A DNA stretch of 64,000 nt from Felis catus (Eukaryota), in contig NC_058368.1 of the NCBI RefSeq assembly GCF_018350175.1, positions 44,518,001 through 44,582,000 on the forward strand. The letters run 5' to 3'. The translations under genes were made by a program, and so were the position numbers. Positions 27,478 through 40,463 of this stretch are shown here, in pieces. The notes below the pieces were generated by a model. The model saw only the letters and a program-made list of their open reading frames with translations. It was not told the DNA's origin and did no database searches. Within the stretch, counting starts at the first letter, position 1, and every line of letters begins with the position of its first letter.

Positions 27478-28649
27478 GGTGGCTTCATATAGAGTAAAGA
27501 AAACTTTTTTAAGTTGTTTCCCATCTAGCCTGGTTTTACAGTGCTAAAGAAGCTAGCAAACGCTGGGATAGATATGAAATACCTGTGAGTGAATTTTTAG
27601 GTGTGGAGGATCACCATGCAGCTTCTGAGCATTGTTAGTCCCTTTTACTGTTTCAAAACAGCTGCATTAGCCTGCTAGTTAATAAAAATTGTTTACCAAC
27701 AATTTAAATGTCAATACTCCAAACAAAATTGTGTTGTTTGTTTTCTACAGTAGAAGTTTCATCATAGTGTTTATAGCACTCATTTGTGTTTTTTTGTATA
27801 TTGTTAAAGACCTGTCAAGTCTTTTTTTTTTTTTACTTTGATGATATTTTAAATCAAAGGTATAAAAATTATTGATCTCATCATTTAGGTACCAATATAT
27901 TATATTAAATAGCAACTGGATTAAAACAATCATTGCACCTGACCTCATGGAGTTTACAGTCTTAGTAAACCACTGAACAAGTAAACCATTATACAGCCAT
28001 TGAACAAGTATCTGTAATTAATTAACATTTCAAAAGAGGAAAAGATTCTCTGAGACTATAGGATAGGGAGAAATTACCTAGTCTAGAAAGGGTCTTAAGA
28101 AAGTGAGATTGCTACAGTCTCCTACATGGAATTAGATACAAAGTGTTCCAGCAATAAAAGCAAAAGTTTCTGAATGTAAGAGATTAACTCCTTGGAGCAA
28201 TGGGAAGTTATTGAAAAATTTATAGCAGTAAACTAGCGTAATCAATCCTCATCTTTGAAGAAATTATTCTGCTTGCAATTTGAAAAATTAATTAAGGAAT
28301 CAGAGTGCTTTCTTAATGTGCTGCTTTAGTACACACAAAATATTTAACACAATTCAAGTACTCTTGTGCTTTAGGATTGTTATAATTGATGCAACATTTG
28401 TGGTTTTCTTTACTACAACTCGATTAGATGTTAAAGTAAATATTTCTTCTTAAGACTGTTCATGTCTCACTATTTATATGTCTCACAAACCCAACCCTCC
28501 TTCTCAGTTGCTAACTTTTATCCAGAAAGGCACCATGTGATAAGAATGGGAGCCAGAAAATCAAACTTCTTCAAAATAAAAAGGAAACACTGAAGAGTAA
28601 AGCATATGTGCTTTATGAGACCTACTGCAACTTTTTGCTCAAACATTAT

Positions 28650-28653
28650 ACAT

Positions 28654-28720
<67 letters not shown>

Positions 28721-28904
28721 TTTTGAGAGATTGTGCGAGAGAGAGCTGAGAAGGGACAGAGAGAGAGGGAGACAGAGAATTCCAAGCAGGCTCTGCACTG
28801 TCAGTGCAGAGCCCGACATGGGACTCAAACTCACGAACTGAGAGATCATGACCTGAGCCGAAAACAAGTCAGATACTTAATTGACTGAGCCACCCAGATA
28901 TCCC
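28650..28904 (-). mobile_element. Can-SINE with (TTTA)n tail
   Basis: Reverse SINEC body. Confidence 0.88.
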
Positions 28905-29292
28905 TCAAAGATTATATTTTTATTCTCTGTATTATGCTTTTGGTTTTTGAAGTTGTCAAATATTCCACTACATGATGAGTCAAATATTATTGTATATGAG
29001 ATTGTATATTTTTTCACACCTACCTTAACAGAATAAATTGCTTGCCATTTTACTCTGAAACATTAACAGGGAAATAACAATAAAACATTAATATTTTACA
29101 TATTATTTTCTTCCCATGCAAATGACAAGTTAGCTTTTGGGGCTGGGTAGATATGAAACGCTAGGTTTCATTATGGAATGCCAAGTTCTACCTCAAAGGT
29201 AGACTAACACCAAGAAAAAAAATTCCAATAAATGGATAATGCTAATGCATAAAATTCACAATGGCTTTGAAGATTAAAATAAACAGTCTTTA

Positions 29293-29420
29293 GAGGCATC
29301 TGGCTGGCTCAGCGGGTGGGGCATGCAACTCTTGACCTTGAATTTGTGACTTGGAGCCCCACATTGGGTGTGTAGATTACTTAAAAGTGAAAACCTTAAA
29401 GAAGACAAAATTAAAAAAAA
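29293..29420 (+). mobile_element. Short Can-SINE (no CT tract)
   Basis: GGCATCTGGCTGGCTCAG head, GAGCCCCACATTGGGTGTGTAGATTACTT, A tail. Confidence 0.75.
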
Positions 29421-30140
29421 TAAAAGTATCTCATATAAAAGAGTACACAAATGAGATTTTTATATCAGGTATAATGAAATTTCTCAGTATTTGTACATTT
29501 CTAGGAAAAAGTGAATGGATAAATTTTCATTTGCTGCTAATATTTAAGATTTAATACTTTACATCTTTTTAGTGTAAAGTCCAAATAAAGTCAATTTTCT
29601 GTCTCATGCTATTTTCTCTTCTGATATTAAAGAAATGTGAATTACTGGTTATACCTCTGGTTGTTCCTTCTATAACATATCTGTGAAGTAAAAAAACACT
29701 TTTCTCTTTCCAGAAATATGGGATTCAAAGGGCTTTTGATTATTTAAATTTCCTAGAGTCTTTGATTCCTCTAGTTTCCTTCCTGGAAAATATTTTTCCT
29801 CATTAATCTACCCAGGAAAATCCTCTCATAGTCTGTGACTCTATCCAAGTTACACTGTATTTTAAAAGTCACCCATGAAACAATATTCTCAAACACAAAT
29901 TGTTCCTATTGTCTTTTCTGCCTGTAGCATATCCTCATACAGATTATACCACAGCATGTATAAAAGATTTTATTGCATTTGTTTTCATGCCTTTTTCCCT
30001 CTATTTCGCATGAAGCTTCTTCAAAGCTGTATCTATATATCTAATTGTTTTTGCAGCCCTCAAACATGTGGGGCACATGTAAGTCATTAAGCTACATTTA
30101 GAGCTTGAGTCTACAGTACACACTGAAAGTAAACCACGTT

Positions 30141-30361
30141 GGGGCACCTGGGTGGCTCAGTCAGTTCAACGTTGGACTTCAGCTCTGGCCATAATCTTGC
30201 AATTCATGAGTTCAAGCCCAGCATCAGGCTCTGTACTGACAGCGCAGAGCCTGGAGCCTGCTTCGGATTTTGTGTCTCCCTCTCTCTCTACCCCTCGCCC
30301 ACTCACACTCTGTCTCTGTCTCTCTCTCCCAAAAATAAATACACATTAAAAAAACAAAAGA
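30141..30361 (+). mobile_element. Can-SINE
   Basis: TSD AAAGTAAACCAYGTT. Confidence 0.92.
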
Positions 30362-31212
30362 AAAGTAAACCATGTTGATCCCAGTCTAGATTAGGCAAAT
30401 CTTCAGTGCACATAAAATATTGTAAAGATACAGTTGATGAACAGAAGAACAACACAAACAATATTTACCAGTGCAAAATAATGTTGTACATCTGAAAACT
30501 TTTATACTTTTATCCATAATTATATAATAAACCAGTGTATAGCATAAGAAACCTACAATTTAGAGAGTATCATTGTCAACCTTCTCCACATAAATGCCAA
30601 TAATTTTATATACATATATATTAAATACTTACATTAAATATGTGTATTTATATTGGGGGATATATGAATATTATATACTCACATAAAAATATTATGAGTC
30701 ATTATATATGTATTATATACTTATATATATATTATAGTGGGGGGATATATGAGTATTATAAGTATTTATGTATTTGTGTGCATGTATATCTGTGTACAAC
30801 TTTGTTATGAACATCCTCACATTGTATAGGGAGTGTGCACTTTTAACTTTATAAGATAATGATAATTTTTCAAAATGGTTCTAGCTATTTATGCTATCAA
30901 CAATAAAATGTAAGACTGACTTTAGCTCCACACCTTTAATAACCCTATCCAAGGAAGAGTGCAATCCTCTGTAAAGCAGACTGGGAAAATGACCATACCA
31001 TTCAATGGGTCTAAAGGTCTAAGAGTGATAATGAAGGAAACATTAAAAAGATCACTTTGGTCTCAGGTACAAGCTGCAGTCTCCTATAATGACATACCAC
31101 AACGCGAAACAAAACAACACATCATGTATATTTTTATTTCTATCTCATTCTAAATTGACTTCCTAATTGTTTCAAAACGTGGATTATAGGAGTATATGCA
31201 AAATCATTACCT

Positions 31213-31497
31213 TCACACTCTAACACATGGGGCCCTGGCAAGGAAACCTTGAGAAACTGGCAAGTGGAGTCCTACTTGGGGACCAAAATACTCTGTGGTA
31301 AGAACCAGCCTCTTGATGCAGCTGTCACAGCAGGTGTGTGCAGGCAGGTGAATGTTTATGACAGGTGCAAGTTTGAGCAATGCAAGCTGCACGAGTCGGG
31401 TGAACAGATTGTGCAGACCTTTGTGTCCAACAAACCTCAGCACTTGGCCGCAGCTGGTTCTGCAGGATGGGGGATAGACAAGGCAGCATTTTCATAA
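31213..31497 (+). other. Unidentified coding-like island (possible processed pseudogene fragment or exon)
   Basis: GC-richer than flanks, not a repeat I recognise, open frames in the same register on both strands; no homolog recognised. Confidence 0.3.
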
Positions 31498-31886
31498 TTA
31501 GAGAAAGAGTCTTTAATGCAAGACAGGCTCACTTTAAAAGTGACAGTTTCAGTGTATGGGAATTTCAAGCATTGGTGGGTTGAACAATTTTTACTTACTT
31601 CTTTTTATTTGTTTAGCCAGGGCAGCAGTCTTGGGTTAACACCACAAAGGTGTCAGAAGTGGTACAGGCTACAATTCTTATGTCACATTCTGGCCTTTAA
31701 ATCATGTGTTCCAGACACAGATAATTAACACAAATCATCTCCTTCAGTTTCTATTTTCTATTTCTTTTCATTGTATTTTTAATATTTTTGTTTTAATACA
31801 TGGGCGACAAAAAGAACACATGTATTATACATGTAAGTTATAGCACATGATAATAAAATGGACACCTTTAAATTCACCACACACTT

Positions 31887-32310
31887 GGGGCACCTGGGTG
31901 GCTCAGCTGGTTAAAAGATTGGCTCTTGGGGCACCTGGGTGGCTCAGCCGGTTAAGCGTCCGACTTCAGCTCAGGTCACCATCTCGCGGTCTGTGAGTTC
32001 GAGCCCCGCGTCAGGCTCTGTGCTGACAGCTCAGAGCCTGGAGCCTGCTTCGGATTCTGTGTCTCCCTCTCTCTCTGCCTCTCCCCTGTTCATGTTCTGT
32101 CTCTCTCTGTCTCAAAAATAAATAAACGTTAAAAAAAATTTAAAAAAAAAGATTGACCCTTGATTTTGGCTCAGGTCATGATTTCACGGTTCATGATTTG
32201 CAGCTCCACATTGGGCTCTGCGCTGACAGTGCAGGGCCTGTTTGGCATTCTCTCACTCCCTCTCTCTCTGCCCCTCTCCCACACGCTTTCTCAAAATAAG
32301 TAAACTTTAA
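31887..32310 (+). mobile_element. Older Can-SINE interrupted by a younger SINEC_Fc (31928-32150)
   Basis: Two heads at 31887 and 31928; TSD AAAAGATTGRCYCTT at 31913-31927 and 32147-32161; the older body resumes at 32162. Confidence 0.9.
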
Positions 32311-32519
32311 ATATATATGCATTCTATTGATTACTAAGGAAATTGAGATTTTTTTTAAACTTTAAATACGGAATTGTGTTTCCTTATGTATGAAATGTTT
32401 ATATTTTTTTCCGTTATTTGTATACTGGATCTTATTACATTTCATTTAATTCTGTTCATCTAGTTAACTTTGATGTCATTTTAGACTATATTCATGAATT
32501 TTTAAGTTTATTTTTATTA

Positions 32520-32715
32520 TTAGTATTATATTATTATTATTACTACTATTATTATTTATTTTAGAGAGAGAGCACATGAGTAGGGGAGAGGGGCAGAGGG
32601 AGGAAGAGAAAATCTCAAGCACCTTTCAGTGAGGAGCCCACCATGGGGCTCAATCCCACAACCCTGGGATCATGCATGACCTGAGCCAAAATCAAGAGTC
32701 CCCCAGGCGCCCTTG
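32520..32715 (-). mobile_element. Can-SINE (partly deleted)
   Basis: Reverse body ending CCAGGCGCCC. Confidence 0.75.
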
Positions 32716-32799
32716 TCTATGAATTTTTTTTTTCTAAGAGTAGCATTAATCTGTAAATTTTTCATTTTTATCTTGTTCTCTTTTGTTAAACAAAGTGGT

Positions 32800-32995
32800 T
32801 TTTTAATGTTTATTTGTTTACTCTGAAAGAGAAAGAACAAAGGAGCAGCAGAGAGAGTGGGTGAGAGAATCCCTAGCAGGCCCCTTGGAGTCAGTAAAGA
32901 GCCTGACATGGGGCTCGATCTCCAGATCATGAAATCATGACCTGAGCTGAAACCTAGAGTCAGACATTAACCAACTGAGCCACCCAGGTGCCCCA
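32800..32995 (-). mobile_element. Can-SINE
   Basis: Reverse body ending CCACCCAGGTGCCCC. Confidence 0.85.
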
Positions 32996-33789
32996 CAAAA
33001 GTGTTTTCATTTTAATGAAGTCTAATTTTCAGTCTTTTCCAATATTATAGTGATATTTTTCTCTACTTATTTATTTTTAACTTTTGTCATTATTTTTTGT
33101 CAAGAACTAATTTTTGTGAATGTGAATGTTAAGGTAAGTAGCCACATTCTTTCTTCTCCCCACTTTTCCACTTGTATTGATCTTACATTTTCTTACTTTA
33201 GTGATCTTCAATATAACTTCTGTCACATATCATGTTTACCTAATCATGTGCTCTTTTGAGGCTCCTTGATCCAGACAATTAGATTCAATTTGTACATTCT
33301 TGTTTGGTTTGTTTGTTGCTTTTTGCTAATTTATATATCCCTATAAGTCACTGTAACTTTATAATAAACAATAAAAATACTCTATTTCTTCTTGTAAGGA
33401 GTATATTGAGATTCTTTTGCAACGTTTCATTTTCTATGTAGCATGAGCTTACCAAGTTATCTAGAAAATTTCTTTGAAATTATGGTTGTAATGATACTGA
33501 ATATATAGATAATTGTCTGAAGTAATATTTAAAATTCTATTTCTAAAATAAACATGAAATTTTCCCCAATTCTTCAAATTTGGAGAAATCACATCTATGC
33601 TATCACTGGAATTAGTGTTTTGTATTAATTAACTTTTCTCTGGCTGCTGGATCACAAAACTCATCTTGATTTTTGTTCAATGATACTTTACCTAGCAATG
33701 TTTATAAACTCTCTTAGAAACCATAATAAAGGATCTACAGATTATTTTCTGTTTTCTATGCAGCAAATTTTATACAACAAAGACAATGA

Positions 33790-34245
33790 CAGAGTTATGG
33801 ACTGAATATTTGTGCTCCTGCTAAAATGTATATATTGAAGCCCCAACCAAGTATGGCTGTTACTTGAAGATGGAGCCCCCCAAAAAAACTAATTAAGATT
33901 AAATGAGATCATAAAAGTTAGGCCCAGATCCATTAGAATTAGTGTGTTTATAGAGACACCAGAGGCTGAACGAACCAACTCTTTCTCTCTCTCCCTCCCT
34001 CCTCTCTCTCTCTCTCCCCCTCTACCCCCTTTCATCCTATCCTCATCTCCAACATGTGCACACGCCAAGAAAATGTCATGTAAGGACAAAGCAAGAAAGC
34101 AGTTATTAGCAAGCAAGGAAGACGTCCTCAACAGAAACTGACACCATCAGACTTAATATGGGACTTCTAGCCCCCACAGCTAGAAAATAAATTTCTGTGT
34201 TTAAGCCACTCAATCTACTATATTTCATTATGATGACAGCCCTAG
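33790..34245 (+). mobile_element. MaLR solo LTR (MLT1B-like)
   Basis: TTATGGACTGAAT start; GGACTTCTAGCC...AATAAATTTCTGT..TTTAAGCCAC near the end. Confidence 0.7.
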
Positions 34246-34719
34246 GTAGGTTTATTCCTTTCTTTTACTTAATCATTGTCTTGTTTTTAGTAAGGACCAA
34301 CATACAATAATAAATATAACCTCACAATTGGCCATCATTTTCTTGTTAAGAGTGCTTTTATAATGTTCTCACCATTCTACAGACCAGACAGTGGAGGATA
34401 AAAATATCTAGTCTACTAATACTAGAACAGACTTCTCTGTATTTCCATTAAATCAATCTTGTGTATTGTGTTAAAACGTATTTTGAATGATATTATTTTT
34501 ATTTGCTTTATCTGTTAAATACTAAGGAGACGCGTATACTGAAATATTTTAATGCTACAGTATAGTAGTCACATTCTATAATTTCACCTATTTTATCAGG
34601 TGCATATGAGTTTACTTTTATTTTATTCCTTCCTTCCTTCCTTCCTTCCTTCCTTCCTTCCTTCCTTCCTTCCTTCTTTTTCTTTCCCTTTTTTTTTGTA
34701 TTGTTCTAATGAGTATTAT

Positions 34720-35190
34720 AAGGACAAGTACAAATTAAATATATTAAGATATTTCCTTTTCCTGTATTCCAGAGCATTTACTTTAGAAACTTTTAATTCT
34801 AAGTACTTTCTCCTCTCTTTTAAATGTTTATAAATCCCTTTGAAGAAAAGTTAGACCTTTTGTCATATGTATAATCCAGGAATGTCTTTCTCAATGACTT
34901 TTGAGACATCTCTTAACTGTAAATATTGAGGGAAAGAGAACCCTTTTTTCTCACTTTCTGTGGGAGGGCTGAGGCCTAACTTCCATGAATGCCTTGCTCC
35001 AAATTGCAAAACTACTCCCTGTCATAAAGGTATGTCAGTTTGTTTATCCTCTGAATAGAGGCAGTTCATGTACACAGATGGCTGCCAATTATCAGGTAAA
35101 GTTAAGATGATCTATATGTAACAAATAGTACCTCTCTCTCGAAGACTGGTTACCATTTACCTTGAGAACATGTTTGTAATGGGTCAACTA
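34720..35190 (+). mobile_element. Old ERV1-class LTR fragment (MER34-like)
   Basis: Weak recalled similarity (GAGCATTTACTTTAGAAACTT, CCAGGAATGTCTTTCTCAA). Confidence 0.35.
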
Positions 35191-35399
35191 TTTCCTTCTC
35201 ATTTCTTCCTTTAATGTTTACCTTTGAAATTCTACTATTTTGACTTCAAAATCTAGTGTAATTAAATGTACTCTGTTCTTTACAAATGTAAATAGAGAAA
35301 TTTAATGCTAATAAATCTCTTGTTGATTTACATGCTAATATTATCTGGAGTTTTCTATTCCTTTAAATTATATGTTACTGTTAAAAATACATTATTATT

Positions 35400-35606
35400 G
35401 GGGCGCCTGGGTGGCTCAGTCGGTTAAGTGTCCGACTTCAGCTCAGGTCACGATCTCGCGGTCCGTGAGTTCGAGCCCCGCGTCGGGCTCTGGGCTGATG
35501 GCTCAGAGCCTGGAGCCTGCTTCCGATTCTGTGTCTCCCTCTCTCTCTGTCGCTTCCCCATTCATGCTCTGTCTCTCTCTGTCTCAAAAATAAATAAACG
35601 TTTAAA
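35400..35606 (+). mobile_element. Can-SINE (SINEC_Fc), young
   Basis: CpG-rich near-consensus body; TSD AAAAATACATTATTAT. Confidence 0.95.
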
Positions 35607-36798
35607 AAAAATACATTATTATCATCATATTTTTAAAAATTTTATATGGATAATTTTTGCCTTTTTTTCCCCTTTATGTCACTAATGTTTATGCCCGCCA
35701 TTTCTTCTTGTATTTCAGGTTTTTCTTCTGTGATATTTTCATCTTTTCCTGAAGTGAAATTATGTTGTTGATAAAACCTCAACTTTGTTTTTGTGAAAAT
35801 GTATTCAAATTTCCATTGTTCTCAAATATCCACATATGGTAGAAAAGAAAAGTGACCAACTAAAATAAAGATTAAAATATTGAAATATTCAACTGAATGA
35901 ATCTGAATAGCGCAGGAGGAACTTGAAGAGGATCACGATAGAAATCCTTGTCTATCTTGCTCACTGATCAACCCCAATTGCCTAAAGCGTGCATGAACAT
36001 ACTATTTGCTTAGTAATTATTCAATGATGTAATGTATGATCATATGGAATTGGAAACTTTGAATAATATTCTTTCACAAAAGGAAAAGAATGACTAGAAG
36101 GAAGCACAGGGGCTACTATTAAAATAGCAAAATTATGCGAGGACAGAAAAATTCCAAAGCTGGGGAAAGGAATGCCTGGGAGAAAATTAAATGAAGTTAT
36201 TGGTCCTCCCCAGGACTTGTGAGCATTGCCTCTGTAAACATAAATAATTACTTGAATATAGGAATCAGTGATGATTCTCTAATGAAAACAAATATGAGAA
36301 TATTAGAGAAATTGTTATTCAAACACATTTAATAATTAAAGAAATTCCGTATCAACAAGCTCTGACAGCAACCAATACGATGCATAAATAAAATGTGTCA
36401 AGGACATGTTGGATATGAGACCGGCCCTCCACGGAATGCAAGTTTTCTTGGAGGATACCTTAAGGCAGATATGTGGTGCTTGGTTCACAAAAGAGAAAGG
36501 ACGTTTTCCCAAAATGAAACTCATAATCAGTTCAGAACGTGGTGTCAAGTAAGGTTGAGGGATAGTGGAAATTATATGGGTTTAAATATGTTGGATGAAG
36601 AAGGAAACAGCTTCAAGTCATGATGACTTAGGCCCATCAGAGTAAGTTTCTAAATTTAGGAAGTAGATAAGGATATCTAAAATACCACTTTCAGTATATG
36701 GTAGTGGATTACACCCTCTCTCCTCTTGACACCATAATCACTTAACTGATGGAAGATTACTCTTAATTCAGTTTTAATTCTGGAAGAATTACATCCAT

Positions 36799-38370
36799 TG
36801 CGATGGTTAATTTTATGTGTTAATATTGCTGGGCCACAGAGCCCAGATAATGTAGTATAATATAATTCTAGATGCTTCTATGAGGGTGTTTTAGATAAGG
36901 TTAATATTAAGTCCATGGATTGGCCTTTCAAAGACCCAGTTATGGTGCCGACTAGATGGCAATACCTTGCAGGACTGAGGTAAGGTTATCTAAGAGGTTT
37001 TATATGCTCCGAATCAGTGTCAAATATGTGGTGCTTTTTCAGATATCCACGTATGGGAATGGAAGGGTGGAAAAGGGAGGTGTATCACTCACTTTACATC
37101 TAATGACCCAGTAGCAAAATGTTTGCTCCCTATCCCTGCAACTTTATACTCCACTGGCTCAAGGATCTAGTTCCAGAGGGAGGAACATGTCCACCAGGAG
37201 ACACAACAAAGATTCCATTGAACTAGAAGTTAAGGCCACCCAGCCACTTTAAACTCTTCATGACTCTGAATAAAAAAGCACAAAAGGAGTTATTGTGTCG
37301 GCTAGGATGAATAATCCTGATGACCAAGGATACTGCTCCTCTACCACAGAGATAAAAAAGAATATGTCTGAAATACAGGTGATCCTCGAGGGTATCTCTT
37401 AGTATTACCATGTCCTGTGCAAAAGTCAGTGGAAGACTGTAGCAGTCCAATCCAGACATTTAAACTAATAACCCAGATCCTTAAGGTTTGGGTCATCTCA
37501 ACAGATAAAGAACCATTACCAGAAGAGGGGCTTGCTGAAGACAAAGGGAATGCAGAATTGGTAGTGAAAGAAGGTACTTATAAATACCAGCTATGATCAC
37601 TTGAGCAGTCCTAGAACTTAGTACTCCAATTTTCATATTTCTTCTTTACTTTGTATACATATGTGTGTGAGTGATCTACATATATATATTATATATACAT
37701 ATATGATACATATCTTTGTTTTTTTCTCTCTCTTATCCTCTTATCATGTAATCATGTAACATTAGATGCATTGACTTTACATTGTAGTATTTAAATTATG
37801 GACTAACAAGAACAGTAAACATTACTCAAGGACTTTTCATCCTCTTCTGGACAAAGAATATGTTTTCTGTTGCATGCAGCATAGTTGTATCACGTTAAAG
37901 GAGTTATGACGTAGACATTGTCTTTATCAGGAAAATAAATATTGCTTAAAAAGAGGCATTTGGATGGCAAGTTAACAGAGGATGCTAGGCTCTGGTGCCC
38001 AAATATGTAGCAAAACATTATTTTGGATGTTCTTGGATGTGATTAACATTTAACTTGGTAGACTTTAAGTGAAACAGATAGATCTGCAAAATGTGAGTAG
38101 GTGTCATGTCATCACTTGAAGATCTGAGTAGAAAAAAAGACTGACCTCTCCTGACAAGGATGGAATTCTGCAAGCAGATGGCCTTTGGACTTGAACCGCA
38201 ACATCAGCTATTCTCTGTGTCTTCAGCCTGACTGCATTTGGATTTGAACTCTAGCATTAGCTCTGTCCTGGTGTATAGCCTGCCCAGCCCACCCTGCAGA
38301 TTTTGAACTTGCCAGCCTTCACAATAGCATAAGCCAATTTCTTAAAATAGATCCTTTTATTCACACACAT

Positions 38371-38423
<53 letters not shown>

Positions 38424-38438
38424 GAGAACACTAATACA
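36799..38438 (+). mobile_element. Internally deleted ERVL provirus with MLT2-type LTRs
   Basis: TG...CA ends, 5-bp TSD TCCAT (36794-36798 and 38439-38443), MLT2 start TGCGATGGTTAATTTTATGTG, ERVL 3' internal region with dUTPase-like remnant LVPEGGTCPPGDTTKIPLN. Confidence 0.85.
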
Positions 38439-39369
38439 TCCATCGTGGCAGAATACAGTCCAATTTGCTTGTACTGAGTAAATCTCAAATTCCAGCACAC
38501 AATATTCTGTGAATGTCAACTTTTTGTCATTGTTTTACAAACATATTTTATTATTAATGATGCAGGAACATCTATAAACCAGCAAGCAGCTCTTAAGTCC
38601 GAGTGAAGAGCTAAGTTTAGAAAGAGAGACAATGAGCTAGAGAAAGACACAGAGACAGTGATTTAAAAAGAAGGCATACAAGCATATGAGAATGTGACAC
38701 TAGTAGCTTAGAGCCTGGATCAGAGCACAAATTCAATAAATGTTAGCCTCTATTATCATAACCATTATCAACTGCAGTTGTTATTGAATACAGAAAAGAA
38801 TCATACCAAAAGGGGAAAATTAGACACCCTGTGGCTATGTTGATTAAAAAATGCTCAACCATGAGAAAGCCGAATTAAAGTTGCACCTTTCTTTCCTGCT
38901 TTATTATTCATCATAATGAATGTGGGGGAAAAAATTATTCCTCTAAAAGTTGATTGGATTATGCTTCCACTGATTATTATCCCATATACAGAAATAGACC
39001 AAAATTGAAATTCTTTCTACTTTATAAAACAGAAGATGCTATAAGCATGGACAGAAATTTCAAAATGAAAATATTAATGCTATAATTTGATTCAAAATTT
39101 ATTTTACTTCATATATATTCAACCTCGAATGACCTAAAAAATAACCAAGGACCACATATACCATATTACATTTTCTTATAATTCTTATAGTTGTTTTCTG
39201 TAATCTCTTGATCTGTTGAAATTAAACTGAAGTATGTAAACAATTGCAACTCCAACACTCCATCAATTACTGCATGTAGCTCAAAGCCAAGAAACTCTAA
39301 ATAATAGTTCTCTTCACCAAGCCTGGATTTGGCACAAAGATGGCATAAGACATGTAGAAAATTATATCA

Positions 39370-39640
39370 AAATTTCAGATGTTAATTCTACCTTATTAGA
39401 AATTATATTAAATATAAAGTAAAATGTGAGAAACTTACAGAACAGAGTATTTAAAACATATGATCCAAAATATATATGCTGTCTATAAGAAACACATTTT
39501 ACATTCAAAGGTTCAAGTAGATTGAAAGTGAAAGGATGGGGAGAAAATACCATGAAAACAGTAAACCAAAGAGAGTGGGACTGTTCAACTACAGCTAATG
39601 TTGCTATGTAGAAATGTGGAACCGGTATAGACAAAACTAC
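39370..39640 (+). mobile_element. Old L1 ORF2 endonuclease N-terminal fragment
   Basis: Degenerate translation YICCL*ETHF..K...RLKVKGWEK matches the L1 EN motif ICCLQETH. Confidence 0.7.
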
Positions 39641-40419
39641 TGATTCTGAAAGAAAAATCAGAAATGTATATTTTGTTTGATGTATTTTAAAATCAAAAGA
39701 CTCACCTTTTTATATTATGTAAGGCAAATAAGTGTATGGGCCATGTATGAGCCCTTGGCTATGAATTTATGAGCAACTTATGACTTTAAAAAAATAACTC
39801 TTAATAACCCCCTCACCAAATGGAATGAAACTCTCTTAATGTTACTTGAGTTGGAGGAAGGATATATGTTATATGAAGGTTACAGATGAGAAACAAGTCA
39901 TTTAATTTCTCTATTATGTGAAGCTAGTAGATAAGAAACAAGTAATTTAATTTCTCTTTCTAGCTATTCTACCACAGACTTAAAACTTAAAATTTTACTT
40001 CTTTATCATAACAATTTTTTTAAGAAGCAACTTTTCACTGCTCCCTTGATAAAAGGAGGAGTTTACTGCCTAGCCATTAATGCATTTAGGATTTTTAGTT
40101 CTAGATTAGTACTATGACTTATATATGCCATACAGATCTTTTATGTAACTTCATCGGAAAGCTGTATTTCCAGGTCAGTGTCTAGCACAAAGTCAGTATA
40201 TGCATGGTTCTTAGCCACACATATATCCCACTTTTTAGTGGCACTATTCTAGAGTGCAATATGAACACTCCCTAGGAAATGTTCAGGTCCTAGAAGGCAT
40301 TCATCTAATGCAGGTCCCCTGAAACAAAGTATAGGATCATTCTGCTTCCAGATTCTCTCTAAAGGCATGGAAGTGCCTAAAGATGATTTTATTGTTTTGT
40401 TTTGTTTACTAGTACAGTA

Positions 40420-40422
<3 letters not shown>

Positions 40423-40462
<40 letters not shown>

Positions 40463-40463
40463 C
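40423..40463. repeat. (CAT)n microsatellite
   Basis: Direct read. Confidence 0.95.
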
